From: Nitrosopumilus sp.
GTDB lineage: Archaea > Thermoproteota > Nitrososphaeria > Nitrososphaerales > Nitrosopumilaceae
Direction: 5' to 3'
NCBI GenBank assembly: GCA_965197525.1
Contig: OZ240211.1
Span: forward strand, 768,001-832,000
DNA length: 64,000 nt
The translations under genes and the position numbers were made by a program. The notes under the pieces were generated by a model that was not told where the DNA came from, did no database searches, and worked only from the letters and a program-made list of their open reading frames with translations. How positions within the stretch are numbered: the stretch's first letter is position 1; every line of letters starts with the position of its first letter. This document shows, in pieces, positions 43,864 to 53,677 of this stretch.

Positions 43864-45216
43864 ATGTTTGAGAAGAGAACCCAAGTTTTAAAGATCTCAT
43901 TTTTAGCAATATTTTCAGCGTTTGTAGTAGAGTTAATCTTTGGTCTAATCTCAAACAGTCTTGCGCTTGTTGCTGATAGTATTCATGCGTTGCTTGACAG
44001 CGTAGTCACCATTGTACTACTTTTAGCAGCAAGATGGGCAATCAAACCGCCTGACGCTGAACACACATACGGACATGGAAAGATGGAGTCACTAGGAGGA
44101 TTTATCGGTGGAGTCGCAATTTTGATACTAGCGGGTTTTTTCATTTACGAATCTATTCACAGATTACAAAGTCCACCTCCAAGCGTTTTACCAGGATTAA
44201 TTGCAATTGTTGGAGGGGCATATACGATTGGAATAGATATTTTAAGAATGGTCATACTGCATAGATCAATTAAAAAACTTGGAGGCTCGACACTTAAAGC
44301 AGATTTTTACCATGCAGTCACAGATCTTGGTTCCACTGCAATTGCAATAGGCGGAATAATACTAGCAACATACGGATGGTATTTTGGAGACTTTGTTGCG
44401 GCATTAATCTTGGGCATAGTTTTGGTAGTACTAAGTCTAAAGCTAATATACAGAACATCGCTGGATTTGACAGACGCCATAGCGCCTGAACTGGTAAAAA
44501 AAGCCAAAGAGATCACATTGTCAACGCAGGGAGTAGTTGATGCAGGGGCCATATTGATGAGAAGATCAGGAGACATAATTTTTATGGATATCACAATATC
44601 ATTAAGGGGCGATACAAGTTTTGATAAAGCACACAAGATTAGTGATGATGTTGCAAAAAATGTAAAGGATGAGATAAAAAATGCTACAATTACAGTTCAC
44701 TTTGAACCAAACTGGAAAGGAGTATCACCGAATATCCGAATATCAGAGATTGCAACGAGCGTCAAAGGTGTAAGAGAGGTTAACAACATAAGTACAAATA
44801 ATATCAAAGGAGAGACGTATTGCAGTCTTCATGTAATGGTAGACAAAGACATCAATCTGTTAGCAGCCCACACAATTTCAGAGATAGTCGAAGAAAAGAT
44901 TCAAGGGCAGATACCTAAAATCACACATGTTACAATACATTTAGAACCATTTGTCAGAATTCCTAAAAACTTCAATAAAGAAGACACATACACCAAAGAA
45001 AAAATAAATAAAATATTAAGAGAATATCCAGATATTAAAAAAGTTGGACGTATAGCATCGTTAAGATTTGAGAATATTCTCAAGATAGATGTTGACTGCT
45101 CGTTTGACAAAGAGTTATCAATTGAGAAAGTTCATGATCTGACAAGCGAGATTGAACAAGCCATAAGATCAGAGATTAAAAATGCCGTAATCACGATTCA
45201 TCCAGAACCTTACTAG
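43864..45216 (+). CDS. Cation diffusion facilitator (CDF) transporter with extra C-terminal dimerisation domains
   Basis: ADSIHALLD, HTYGHGKMESL and ADFYHAVTD; repeated IHxEP/VHxEP C-terminal domains. Confidence 0.9.
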   Translation: MFEKRTQVLKISFLAIFSAFVVELIFGLISNSLALVADSIHALLDSVVTIVLLLAARWAIKPPDAEHTYGHGKMESLGGFIGGVAILILAGFFIYESIHRLQSPPPSVLPGLIAIVGGAYTIGIDILRMVILHRSIKKLGGSTLKADFYHAVTDLGSTAIAIGGIILATYGWYFGDFVAALILGIVLVVLSLKLIYRTSLDLTDAIAPELVKKAKEITLSTQGVVDAGAILMRRSGDIIFMDITISLRGDTSFDKAHKISDDVAKNVKDEIKNATITVHFEPNWKGVSPNIRISEIATSVKGVREVNNISTNNIKGETYCSLHVMVDKDINLLAAHTISEIVEEKIQGQIPKITHVTIHLEPFVRIPKNFNKEDTYTKEKINKILREYPDIKKVGRIASLRFENILKIDVDCSFDKELSIEKVHDLTSEIEQAIRSEIKNAVITIHPEPY

Positions 45217-46436
45217 ACGAGTATACTAGTCAGATACATTACTGACATTCCAACTGCAAATCCTGACACTACTGAGATACTTGACAGGTTGTTAGAATTG
45301 CCGTTACCAGTAGCAGTAGCAGTAGCATCATCATCATCACCATCATCATAAATCCATTTCAATATTACCAAAATCACTTGAAAGATGGCACCTGCGCCAA
45401 CTGCAAGAAAGATTACAGATGTGAATGGGGAATAAGCAAACCCCCCTATCCAAGCACCAAAGATGGCAGGAGTTCCTGCAATTAACCCTAGGGCAATCAG
45501 TTTTTTTACCATTAGCCTGCCTTGAGACATCGGTGCTGCAATGGCAATCCCTTCAGTAGTATTGTGCAAGGCAAACCCTACAATCAGAAATGTACTAAAT
45601 GCAATAGAGCCTAGACCAACTGCAGCGCCAATAGCTAGACCTTCACCAAAATTGTGCAGTCCTATCCCAATTGATATCATCAATGCAACAGCAAAAGGTT
45701 TGGCAAGTTTTGCAGATACAGATCGCTTGACTAGTTGATTGCCAGTATAATACAGTCCAAGAAAAGAGAGGACAACAACTGTTGCAACAAGCAGAACACC
45801 ATTAAAACTAGGAGCAAGATTTTCGGCAGATACATCCAAGGACTCCTCTATAGAATCAATTGCTAAGAAGAGTAGCAGGCCTGCAGTCAAAGCCAGAAAA
45901 AAATGATATTTTTTCTTGCTGATTCTTTTTATGAACGGGAGCCACAATAAACCAATCATCACAGGAATTACTCCAACATACGTTCCAATTACAGCAAAGA
46001 ATACTGCCAAGTCCAAAGTTAAATCAAGAGCTGGTGCTGCTGCATCGACTGCCTTTTCAAAACGAGTGCCATCATCAACTGTAATTCCAATGGTATATGG
46101 TTCTGCAACGTTCCATTCAAAAGGAATTCTAACTAGCGCAGTCTCAAACCGTTCCAAGTATGTGTCAGGTTCTACAGCAGCCGGTTGAATTCGATCATTT
46201 ACATCAGCAACAGCTATATCAACGGGGATATGACCGGTATTTCTCACGGTAGCTTGAATTTCAGAATCGATAAAATCGATCTTTTCAATAGTGATTTCAG
46301 GCAGCATAACTCCTAAATCTAATAAAGTAGCACCAGGACCAAAGATGTACAACATCAAAATAATTAAAAATGCGAATGGAATTAGCCCACTTGCAACAAG
46401 CTTCAATTTAGATGAATGATCATTGATCTTCAACAT
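45213..46436 (-). CDS. ZIP-family metal transporter with N-terminal soluble domain
   Basis: GLHNFGEGLAIG and LHNTTEGIAI motifs. Confidence 0.9.
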   Translation of the reverse strand: MLKINDHSSKLKLVASGLIPFAFLIILMLYIFGPGATLLDLGVMLPEITIEKIDFIDSEIQATVRNTGHIPVDIAVADVNDRIQPAAVEPDTYLERFETALVRIPFEWNVAEPYTIGITVDDGTRFEKAVDAAAPALDLTLDLAVFFAVIGTYVGVIPVMIGLLWLPFIKRISKKKYHFFLALTAGLLLFLAIDSIEESLDVSAENLAPSFNGVLLVATVVVLSFLGLYYTGNQLVKRSVSAKLAKPFAVALMISIGIGLHNFGEGLAIGAAVGLGSIAFSTFLIVGFALHNTTEGIAIAAPMSQGRLMVKKLIALGLIAGTPAIFGAWIGGFAYSPFTSVIFLAVGAGAIFQVILVILKWIYDDGDDDDATATATGNGNSNNLSSISVVSGFAVGMSVMYLTSILV

Positions 46437-47472
46437 ACATCTCTGGTGTAGTTATGTCATCTGTGTTATCACTTGCAATAAATAGACCGACCCAACCTTT
46501 CTCGGAGAACTCTACTTTGTGTGCATGAAAGAGGTATTTGCCAGGATAGTCATATGTGAATTCCATTATTCCTCTCTCAGTCTGCGACAGGGTTATCATA
46601 TCAGTGTAAAATGAGGGAATAAGATCAGTTCCTGTAGGATAATATGTGTACAAATTAGCATGAAGATGAAAGTTATTGATTAAATCAAACTCTACCATAT
46701 TGACAACATAGATTCGAATTAGTTTACCAGTATCAATTTGGATAGGGTGGTGTTGATAGTAAAATGGAATAGTATTTGCGGCATAAAAATTGTTTTCAGC
46801 ATCAAAATCAGTATCAAAACCATTTAAGACCATGACCATCTCATCGGCAGGAGGACGGCCTTCTTTAGGATCTACAATAAAGACACCGTATAATCCATGT
46901 ACAATATGCTCTTCAAGCGGCATCACGTGACAGTGGTAGGGATGAACCCCCATAGGATCCGCTTCAAATTCATAGATAAATTTCCCTCCAGGACCTACAG
47001 GCTCAAATACTCCATCCATCTCAGAAGGGTGAATTCCATGAAAATGCATAGTATGCGTTCGAGAGCCATTATTGATAAAATTAATTCGGACTATATCACC
47101 TTCAGTAGCTCGGATAGTAGGTCCTGGAACTGTTCCATTAAACGTCCAGACGTTATAGAAGACACCGGGTGAAACTTCCATTATTTTATCATCCTCAGCA
47201 ACAATGGTATACTCCCTAAGAGTAGTACCGTCAGGTAGTTGTGAGACGTGTCCGTAATGAAATTCACGTAGATACTCCATTGGATCAAATTCTACTGTAG
47301 ACACTGAATAGACGGGATCAATTACTTGACCAGTCGTCTTTATGACCGCACCTGAATGTGTCAGAAATGTGGTTGGTTCAGATTGAGCCTGAGTAAACGC
47401 AGGTAGCCCGACAAACAACCCAATGATAAGAGATGGAAACAAAACAATAAACACAAAATAAAATATCTTCAA
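46420..47472 (-). CDS. Two-domain multicopper oxidase (T1 site in domain 1)
   Basis: HTMHFHG, YHCHVMPLEEHIVHGL, FHLHAN and LFHAH (no Cys in domain 2). Confidence 0.88.
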   Translation of the reverse strand: MKIFYFVFIVLFPSLIIGLFVGLPAFTQAQSEPTTFLTHSGAVIKTTGQVIDPVYSVSTVEFDPMEYLREFHYGHVSQLPDGTTLREYTIVAEDDKIMEVSPGVFYNVWTFNGTVPGPTIRATEGDIVRINFINNGSRTHTMHFHGIHPSEMDGVFEPVGPGGKFIYEFEADPMGVHPYHCHVMPLEEHIVHGLYGVFIVDPKEGRPPADEMVMVLNGFDTDFDAENNFYAANTIPFYYQHHPIQIDTGKLIRIYVVNMVEFDLINNFHLHANLYTYYPTGTDLIPSFYTDMITLSQTERGIMEFTYDYPGKYLFHAHKVEFSEKGWVGLFIASDNTDDITTPEMYVEDQ

Positions 47473-47496
47473 GACACAGAAAAGGACGTCGACAAA

Positions 47497-47538
47497 TATT
47501 TAAAGTTAACTTGAGCTAACTTTTTTAGCCTAGGATAA
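47497..47538 (-). promoter_or_regulatory. TATA box of the MCO-ZIP operon with adjacent inverted repeats (candidate metal-regulator operator)
   Basis: Minus-strand TTTAAATA about 25 bp from the TTG start; AAAGTTAACTTGAGCTAACTTT (18/22 palindromic) followed by TTAGCCTAGGATAA. Confidence 0.45.
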
Positions 47539-47941
47539 GTTTTTGAAATAGACGTATAGATTGAGACACTGATACAAAAGTTAAGATTTCAACTTTGACC
47601 AGATACTTAGTCATATGGATATAGAATTTTTTGGCATGATAACTTTCAAAAGAATTGTTTGATATTTGAATTTAGATATTTTTAACAACCGGCTAGTAAT
47701 CATAGTAATAACTTTGAGATATACAAAATATCTAAAGGTAATACAAGTAGATACAATGTGTAATCATAAAAGATGGCATCAAAATTTGTAACAGCATATA
47801 TCAATGTGGATTTGTGTACATGCTGAGAGATTACGCGTTTGATCATTAGTGCTAGAAAAGATAGCTTACAAATAAAATAAAATAAAAGGAAATAAAATAT
47901 TAAAAAAATAGGTTTAAACTAAAGAAAGAAAATGATAATGT

Positions 47942-48454
47942 GTGCATAAATCGGGATTAATTATTATAATTTTGGGATTATTGATTGTGACAGGACTAGT
48001 AGTGTCTGTGGTAGGAGATAGAATTACGTTAGAAGGAATATCTCAAGGTAACGGACAAGTAGATGAAATACAGACAGTTACAATTACATCCGAGTTAGAT
48101 AGAGACAAGACATCCAAAGGAGTTTTTGCAGTTCAGGCAATGGAGTTTAAAGAAGACACATTATCTGCAATAGTATTAGGCCCTTCAAATACCGAGATAA
48201 TATCAGAAAGACTAGACACAGATACAATAGAAAGTGAGTTTGATGTGCTAGAGACTGGAACCTATCAGTTAATAATTCAAAGTTCAGACGATGAAGAAGT
48301 ATATGTAGCAGGTGCAATAGGACCATTGCCTGATGCGACAAAAAAATTAATCACATCAATCATATCATCAGGTTGTATTATTAGCGGCATGATAGGCCTA
48401 GTAGTAATTGGGATACTAGGAATTAAAAATAAAAAAAGAGATCAGTTAAGATAA
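47942..48454 (+). CDS. Membrane-anchored hypothetical protein
   Basis: N- and C-terminal TM segments. Confidence 0.7.
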   Translation: MHKSGLIIIILGLLIVTGLVVSVVGDRITLEGISQGNGQVDEIQTVTITSELDRDKTSKGVFAVQAMEFKEDTLSAIVLGPSNTEIISERLDTDTIESEFDVLETGTYQLIIQSSDDEEVYVAGAIGPLPDATKKLITSIISSGCIISGMIGLVVIGILGIKNKKRDQLR

Positions 48455-48753
48455 CTGTCCATTTTCTCTAGACCGCTAATAGTTGCATCAAAATTGCCAC
48501 TGTCTGCAACTACACTCTCAAGCTTATCAAAGTTGGCAGTAAGAAAACACCCGGTATCATCTGCAGTCTTGAAGACAAATCCATGTTGAATCAGATATGA
48601 GAGTCTCTGAAGAACGTCAGATTCGGGCAAGGAAGACTGTCGGGCCAAAAACGAGCATTCTTTTTTACCATCTTCTAGCGCTTCTAAGATCATGGATGTG
48701 GTGGGATCAAACATACAATCTACAACTTTATCTCTATCAAAGGTATCATCCAT
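48442..48753 (-). CDS. Hypothetical protein (winged-helix-like)
   Basis: MFDPTTSMILEALEDG...LSYLIQHGFV pattern. Confidence 0.65.
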   Translation of the reverse strand: MDDTFDRDKVVDCMFDPTTSMILEALEDGKKECSFLARQSSLPESDVLQRLSYLIQHGFVFKTADDTGCFLTANFDKLESVVADSGNFDATISGLEKMDSYLN

Positions 48754-48917
48754 TGATTTAGCAATAAATTTAGAGCATTATAACTTTTTGAATGCGATGA
48801 TTTCATTACAATTTTAATAGCAGTTCTAAGATCAGCATGATTAGACAAAAATGATCAAATTGACTCTGTTACCATTTGGAATCAATTCATCGTATCACCT
48901 TGTTGTTTTTAGCTCCA

Positions 48918-48967
48918 GATAACCCGACAGAACCATAAAATTCACATCCCCATAACGTTACAGAACC
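48918..48967 (-). repeat. Two orphan TIR-like sites (GGTTCTGT...TTAT) next to E3
   Basis: Plus strand GATAACCCGACAGAACC and CATAACGTTACAGAACC, 33 bp apart. Confidence 0.6.
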
Positions 48968-49071
48968 GTATATCCAATAAGGTAATTAATGAAAAAGAGG
49001 GTTCTGTGAAGTTATCGAGGGTTATCTGTTAATCCCTAAATTGTATAAACCTCTAAACCGTAAGATATTCG

Positions 49072-50265
49072 TTGAAAGCGATAAAGTCATTATCACAGAA
49101 ATATACGCCGAACTCTGATCTAATGGATATGATGGCTATATTCACAAAGATGGTCAATCATTGCATCAAGACAGGGTTGAAAGAAGACACTCACAATATG
49201 AAGAGGTTGTCCATGTTATGTTATCATGAATTACGTAATTATGACATCCTGTCTTCATACAAACTAAATGCAATATCACGAGCTGCAGGCATGTTATCAA
49301 ACAGAAAACAGTCAATCAAACGAGGTGTCAGAATAAGAGACCCAATAGTCAAAAATCCCTTTATGACAAACTGTTACGGCATAAAACACAACGGTGCACT
49401 ATTAACAATCCCATACAAGAAACATAACCCAATCAACATTTTACTCAACGATCACACCCAAAAAATCCTATCTGATCCCGCCTTGACGGTGCGCTCGTTT
49501 TCATTGACTGCTCTGAACATCAGTCTTTGTGTTTCAAAAACAGTACAAGAGATAGAGTGCACCAAGAAAATGGGAATAGACAGAAACCTAAGAAATGTGA
49601 CGTGTGGGAACGAGAAAGAGGTGACAGTCTACAAGACAAACAAACTGTTATCCATAAAGGAGAACACAATACACGCTAGGGCAGGATTCCACAGAAATGA
49701 TCGCAGAAAGAAAGGGCAATTCTGGAAACAAAGACAGAGACGAATGAGCAATAGAACAAAGCGGTACATCCACAGAATCTCAAAGGATATGGTATACAAC
49801 GCAGTCAAAAACAAGACTGCAATCGTCATGGAAAACCTGAAAGGAATAAGAAAATTGTACCGAAAAGGAAACAGTCAAGGTAACAAGTACAGGCGTAGAT
49901 TGAACGGGTGGCAATTCTACGAGTTACAACGCCAAATAGAATACAAAGCCCAATGGGTCGGGTTGCCTCCAGTCGAGACAGTAGACCCAAGAAACACGAG
50001 CACGCAGTGTCCGAAATGCGGAAAGAGACTCCAAGAGGACATGCAACAACATCGTAAAATGTCGTGTAATAATTGCGGTTTGTTTATGGACAGGGATATT
50101 ATCGCTGCCATGAACATATCACGCAAGCTGCCCCCTAGGTTTAGGGGTAGTAGAGATGACATAGATGAAGCGCAGTCCGGCACTTTTGAGCAGGCGATGA
50201 CGGAACCCGGCACACCATTGGTAATCCGAATAGTCGATATGTCAAAGTCAAGTTATAGGGGTTAA
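49072..50265 (+). CDS. tnpB: TnpB RNA-guided endonuclease
   Basis: RuvC D/E/D motifs and Zn finger intact; TATAAA at 49044-49049, about 25 bp upstream of the TTG start. Confidence 0.93.
   Translation: MKAIKSLSQKYTPNSDLMDMMAIFTKMVNHCIKTGLKEDTHNMKRLSMLCYHELRNYDILSSYKLNAISRAAGMLSNRKQSIKRGVRIRDPIVKNPFMTNCYGIKHNGALLTIPYKKHNPINILLNDHTQKILSDPALTVRSFSLTALNISLCVSKTVQEIECTKKMGIDRNLRNVTCGNEKEVTVYKTNKLLSIKENTIHARAGFHRNDRRKKGQFWKQRQRRMSNRTKRYIHRISKDMVYNAVKNKTAIVMENLKGIRKLYRKGNSQGNKYRRRLNGWQFYELQRQIEYKAQWVGLPPVETVDPRNTSTQCPKCGKRLQEDMQQHRKMSCNNCGLFMDRDIIAAMNISRKLPPRFRGSRDDIDEAQSGTFEQAMTEPGTPLVIRIVDMSKSSYRG
50128..50260 (+). ncRNA. Predicted TnpB omegaRNA scaffold (E3); boundaries approximate
   Basis: Conserved hairpins overlapping the tnpB tail. 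Confidence 0.55.
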
Positions 50266-50624
50266 CCCTCGATAACTTCACAGAACCAAAAAGAGACATC
50301 ATAAACATGCAAAGATTGTGTAGGTATGATCCAACTGGCAAAGGAACGCATTGTTTTTGTATAGATATTGACGCACAAAAAGGAATCAAAAAATGCTGTA
50401 AATGCAATCAATGGAACGTTCAGGGGAATGACTGGACTAGTAATGAAGATTTTAGATAAGTAAATGCACGAGATCACAGGAATGGAATAATCACGAACTA
50501 ATTCTCTGAATTGATACTAGGAGCTTTGTTTATGACATGTACGTATAACCGATAGGAGTACTGAAAACCCTCTCTTCATTCTATCTAATGGTTTTTATCA
50601 GGGATTCTTTGAATTTTGGATTAC

Positions 50625-51113
50625 TTGAGTACGCAGGAATATAGACATATAGTTAGAATTGTGGGAAATGATATCCCAGGAGAGAAGAAGGCGTTAATTG
50701 GACTGACTCAGATAAAAGGCATAGGATACAATTTTGCTACTGCAATTCTTGATACTATTAATATTAATACAAACTCCAATATCGGTAACTTGACAGATGA
50801 GAATGTGCAGGCAATTGAAAAATTAATCACAGATCCGTTAAGCGGAAATTTCCCATCTTGGTTTCTCAATAGAAGAAAAGATATTGAGACAGGGGCAGAT
50901 CTGCACCTATTGACGTCAGATATTCCATTCACATTAAGAAATGATATAGAACGAGAGAGAATAACTGCAAGTTGGAGAGGTTACAGACACATGAGCGGTC
51001 TAAAAGTCAGAGGTCAACGAACTAGAACTTCAGGCAGAAGAGGCGGAGCAGTAGGAGTCGCAAAGGGTGGACTGGTAGCGCCAGATAAGAAAAGCAGTAG
51101 CACAGGAGCATAG
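50625..51113 (+). CDS. rps13: 30S ribosomal protein S13
   Basis: GLTQIKGIG; [17 protein letters not shown] start at 50625. Confidence 0.97.
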   Translation: MSTQEYRHIVRIVGNDIPGEKKALIGLTQIKGIGYNFATAILDTININTNSNIGNLTDENVQAIEKLITDPLSGNFPSWFLNRRKDIETGADLHLLTSDIPFTLRNDIERERITASWRGYRHMSGLKVRGQRTRTSGRRGGAVGVAKGGLVAPDKKSSSTGA

Positions 51114-51125
51114 TAGGTGTTACAG

Positions 51126-51752
51126 ATGGGCGATCCAAAATATCCACGTAAAGTATGGAGAAAACCAAAGAGGCCTCTTAATTACGAATTAAAGATGGAG
51201 GAGTTAAAGACGTTAGGTACGTTTGGATTAAGGACAAAGAGGGAGCTATGGAAAGCACATACACATTTATCACAGGTAAGGCATCAAGCAAGATCGCTAC
51301 TTGCATTAGGACAGGAAGTCAGAGCAGAGAAAGAACCAATCTTGATGAGATCGCTTGCAAAGATTGGTTTGGTAAGTAACGATGCAACACTTGATGACGT
51401 ACTAAACTTGAATGTAAACGATGTACTTGGACGCAGGTTACAGACTTTAGTTACTAAAAAATTAGGATTCAAGACACCCTACCAAGCAAGACAAGCAGTA
51501 ATTCACGGTCATATTATGATAGGGGACAGAAAAGTAGACATTCCATCATATATTGTCACAGTAGAAGAAGAGCCAAATATTCATTTCACGCCAGAATCAA
51601 CGATTCCGGATAGTTTGGATGACAGTAAATCAAAAGAGCCCAAAACTCTCGTAGATGATGATACTGCTGATAATGATATTGCTGATAATGATACTGATGC
51701 TAAAGTAAAAGCAGAAACAAAGACAGACGAGTCCAAAAAGACAGACGAGTAG
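51126..51752 (+). CDS. rps4: 30S ribosomal protein S4 with acidic C-terminal tail
   Basis: MGDPKYPRK...RRLQTLV...ARQAVIHGHI. Confidence 0.97.
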   Translation: MGDPKYPRKVWRKPKRPLNYELKMEELKTLGTFGLRTKRELWKAHTHLSQVRHQARSLLALGQEVRAEKEPILMRSLAKIGLVSNDATLDDVLNLNVNDVLGRRLQTLVTKKLGFKTPYQARQAVIHGHIMIGDRKVDIPSYIVTVEEEPNIHFTPESTIPDSLDDSKSKEPKTLVDDDTADNDIADNDTDAKVKAETKTDESKKTDE

Positions 51753-51868
51753 ACTCATAGAATAAGTTTACATTCCCTAGTGCGTACGCACGTATGATAT
51801 CAAATTACTGGGCATGAGAAAATAGAGATATGCTTACAGTAAATAACCCCAAATAATCAATAATCGTA

Positions 51869-53677
51869 ATGTGTTCAATTATTGGATACTCTGGGGATAC
51901 GACTGCTGCGCAAGTAATCGTAAAGGGCCTAAAGAGAATGGAATACAGAGGATATGACAGTGTAGGAGTTGCAACTGAATCAGAATACAAGATCAAACTA
52001 AGAAAGGGCACCGGTAAGGTAGATGAGGTAAATGCACAGATGCATCTAGATGCACTGCCAGGCAAAGTAGGGATAGGGCATACCCGATGGGCAACTCATG
52101 GAACAGTTACAAATTTTAACGCACACCCACACAAGAGCAACTCTGGTAGTATTGCAATTGTGCATAATGGGATAGTAGATAATTTCGAAGAAACAAAAAA
52201 ACGGCTGCAAGAGGATGGGTATAGTTTCAAGAGTGATACAGACAGCGAGGTAATTGCAAACATAATACAAAAGCATTATGAGAAAACAAACAACATAAAA
52301 GAGACAATGATAAAAACAGTTTCAGAAATTAAAGGACATTACGCATTTGTTGCAATATTTGAGAATGGAGAGCTTGCAGCAGCAAGACTACACGAGCCGT
52401 TAATTGTCGGGGTAGGAAAAGACGAACATTTTTTGTCAAGTGACGTATTAGGTTTCATAGAACATACAGATGATGCAATTTACATGGAGAATGGAACTTT
52501 TGTAATTTTAGATAAAGATAATTTTCAGATTTTAGATTTTGATGGAAAGGATGTAAAATACGAGATAACAAAAATTTCAAAAGAGTTCGGAGATGCGTCA
52601 AAGGGAAAGTATGCGCATTTTACACTAAAAGAGATCTATGAACAACATGAGACAATACTCAGAGCAGGAGGAGGTAATGACGAGGACGGTAAAGAAACAA
52701 GGGATAAAACACAAGATGTCATTAGAAGAGCTTCGGCATACATAAAAGATGCAAAGAACACCTATGTGACAGGCAGTGGAACAAGTTATAATTCAGCACT
52801 AATTGCAAAACAAATTCTATCAAACTATGCCAAGATAAAAATCGAACCAATAATAGCAAGCGAGCTTCAATTTTCAGCAGATTCTATAGATACAAATTCT
52901 ACAGTAATTGCAATATCACAGAGTGGAGAGAGTGCAGATGTGCTTGAGGCAGTTAAAATTGCAAAACAAGCAAATTGCAAAGTTATAGCCATAGTTAACC
53001 AATCAACATCATCACTTGCCAATCAGGCAGATCTAGTCATAGATATGAATTGCGGCCCAGAGATAGGAGTTGCTGCAACAAAGAGCTTTACAGCACAGCT
53101 TGTAATAATATACAAGATTGCACAAGTGTTAACTGACAATGACATAAGCATTAACTGGAATGAGATCTCAAGACTGGTCTCAAAAGTACTGCATAATTCT
53201 GCAAATATTAAAGGGATTGCAAAAGAGCTAAAGAACATATCAGATATCTACGTTCTAGGAAGAGGAATAAACTACCCAATTGCAATTGAGGCTGCCCTGA
53301 AATTAAAAGAACTTACGTATATACATGCAGAAGGAATACCTGGAGGAGAATTAAAACATGGACCACTTGCTTTGATGGACTCGAACGTATTTGTGATAAC
53401 AATTAACCCAGATGATTCGACATACTCAGACATGCTAACGAGTGCAAGAGAGATAAAGGCACGAGGGGCCAAAATTATTGGAGTCTCAGATATCCCAAGC
53501 GATGTATATGATTTCTGGATAGAGATCCCCGTTTCAGGCAAAAAAGAGACAGATGTGGCAGCATATCCAATATCTGAGATTATTCTAATACAGTTACTAT
53601 CGTATTATGCAGCTATCGAAAAGGATACAGACCCTGATTATCCAAGAAACCTAGCAAAATCAGTTACAGTGAAGTAA
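51869..53677 (+). CDS. glmS: Glutamine--fructose-6-phosphate transaminase
   Basis: N-terminal Cys, EYRGYDS, GHTRWATHG and PRNLAKSVTV motifs. Confidence 0.97.
   Translation: MCSIIGYSGDTTAAQVIVKGLKRMEYRGYDSVGVATESEYKIKLRKGTGKVDEVNAQMHLDALPGKVGIGHTRWATHGTVTNFNAHPHKSNSGSIAIVHNGIVDNFEETKKRLQEDGYSFKSDTDSEVIANIIQKHYEKTNNIKETMIKTVSEIKGHYAFVAIFENGELAAARLHEPLIVGVGKDEHFLSSDVLGFIEHTDDAIYMENGTFVILDKDNFQILDFDGKDVKYEITKISKEFGDASKGKYAHFTLKEIYEQHETILRAGGGNDEDGKETRDKTQDVIRRASAYIKDAKNTYVTGSGTSYNSALIAKQILSNYAKIKIEPIIASELQFSADSIDTNSTVIAISQSGESADVLEAVKIAKQANCKVIAIVNQSTSSLANQADLVIDMNCGPEIGVAATKSFTAQLVIIYKIAQVLTDNDISINWNEISRLVSKVLHNSANIKGIAKELKNISDIYVLGRGINYPIAIEAALKLKELTYIHAEGIPGGELKHGPLALMDSNVFVITINPDDSTYSDMLTSAREIKARGAKIIGVSDIPSDVYDFWIEIPVSGKKETDVAAYPISEIILIQLLSYYAAIEKDTDPDYPRNLAKSVTVK

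Larger units (their letters stand above)
49000..50287 (+). mobile_element. TIR-bounded tnpB element E3 with perfect 8-bp TSD
   Basis: Perfect 25-bp TIR; AAAAAGAG duplicated at 48992-48999 and 50288-50295. Confidence 0.95.

Noticed and set aside
46420-47472. Copper nitrite reductase NirK
   Set aside because: The His pattern (HxH motifs in both domains) fits a two-domain MCO linked to a ZIP transporter rather than NirK.
50625-51752. rps13-rps4 not followed by rps11-rpoD
   Set aside because: As far as I recall this split is usual in Thaumarchaeota, and there is no sign of local disruption.
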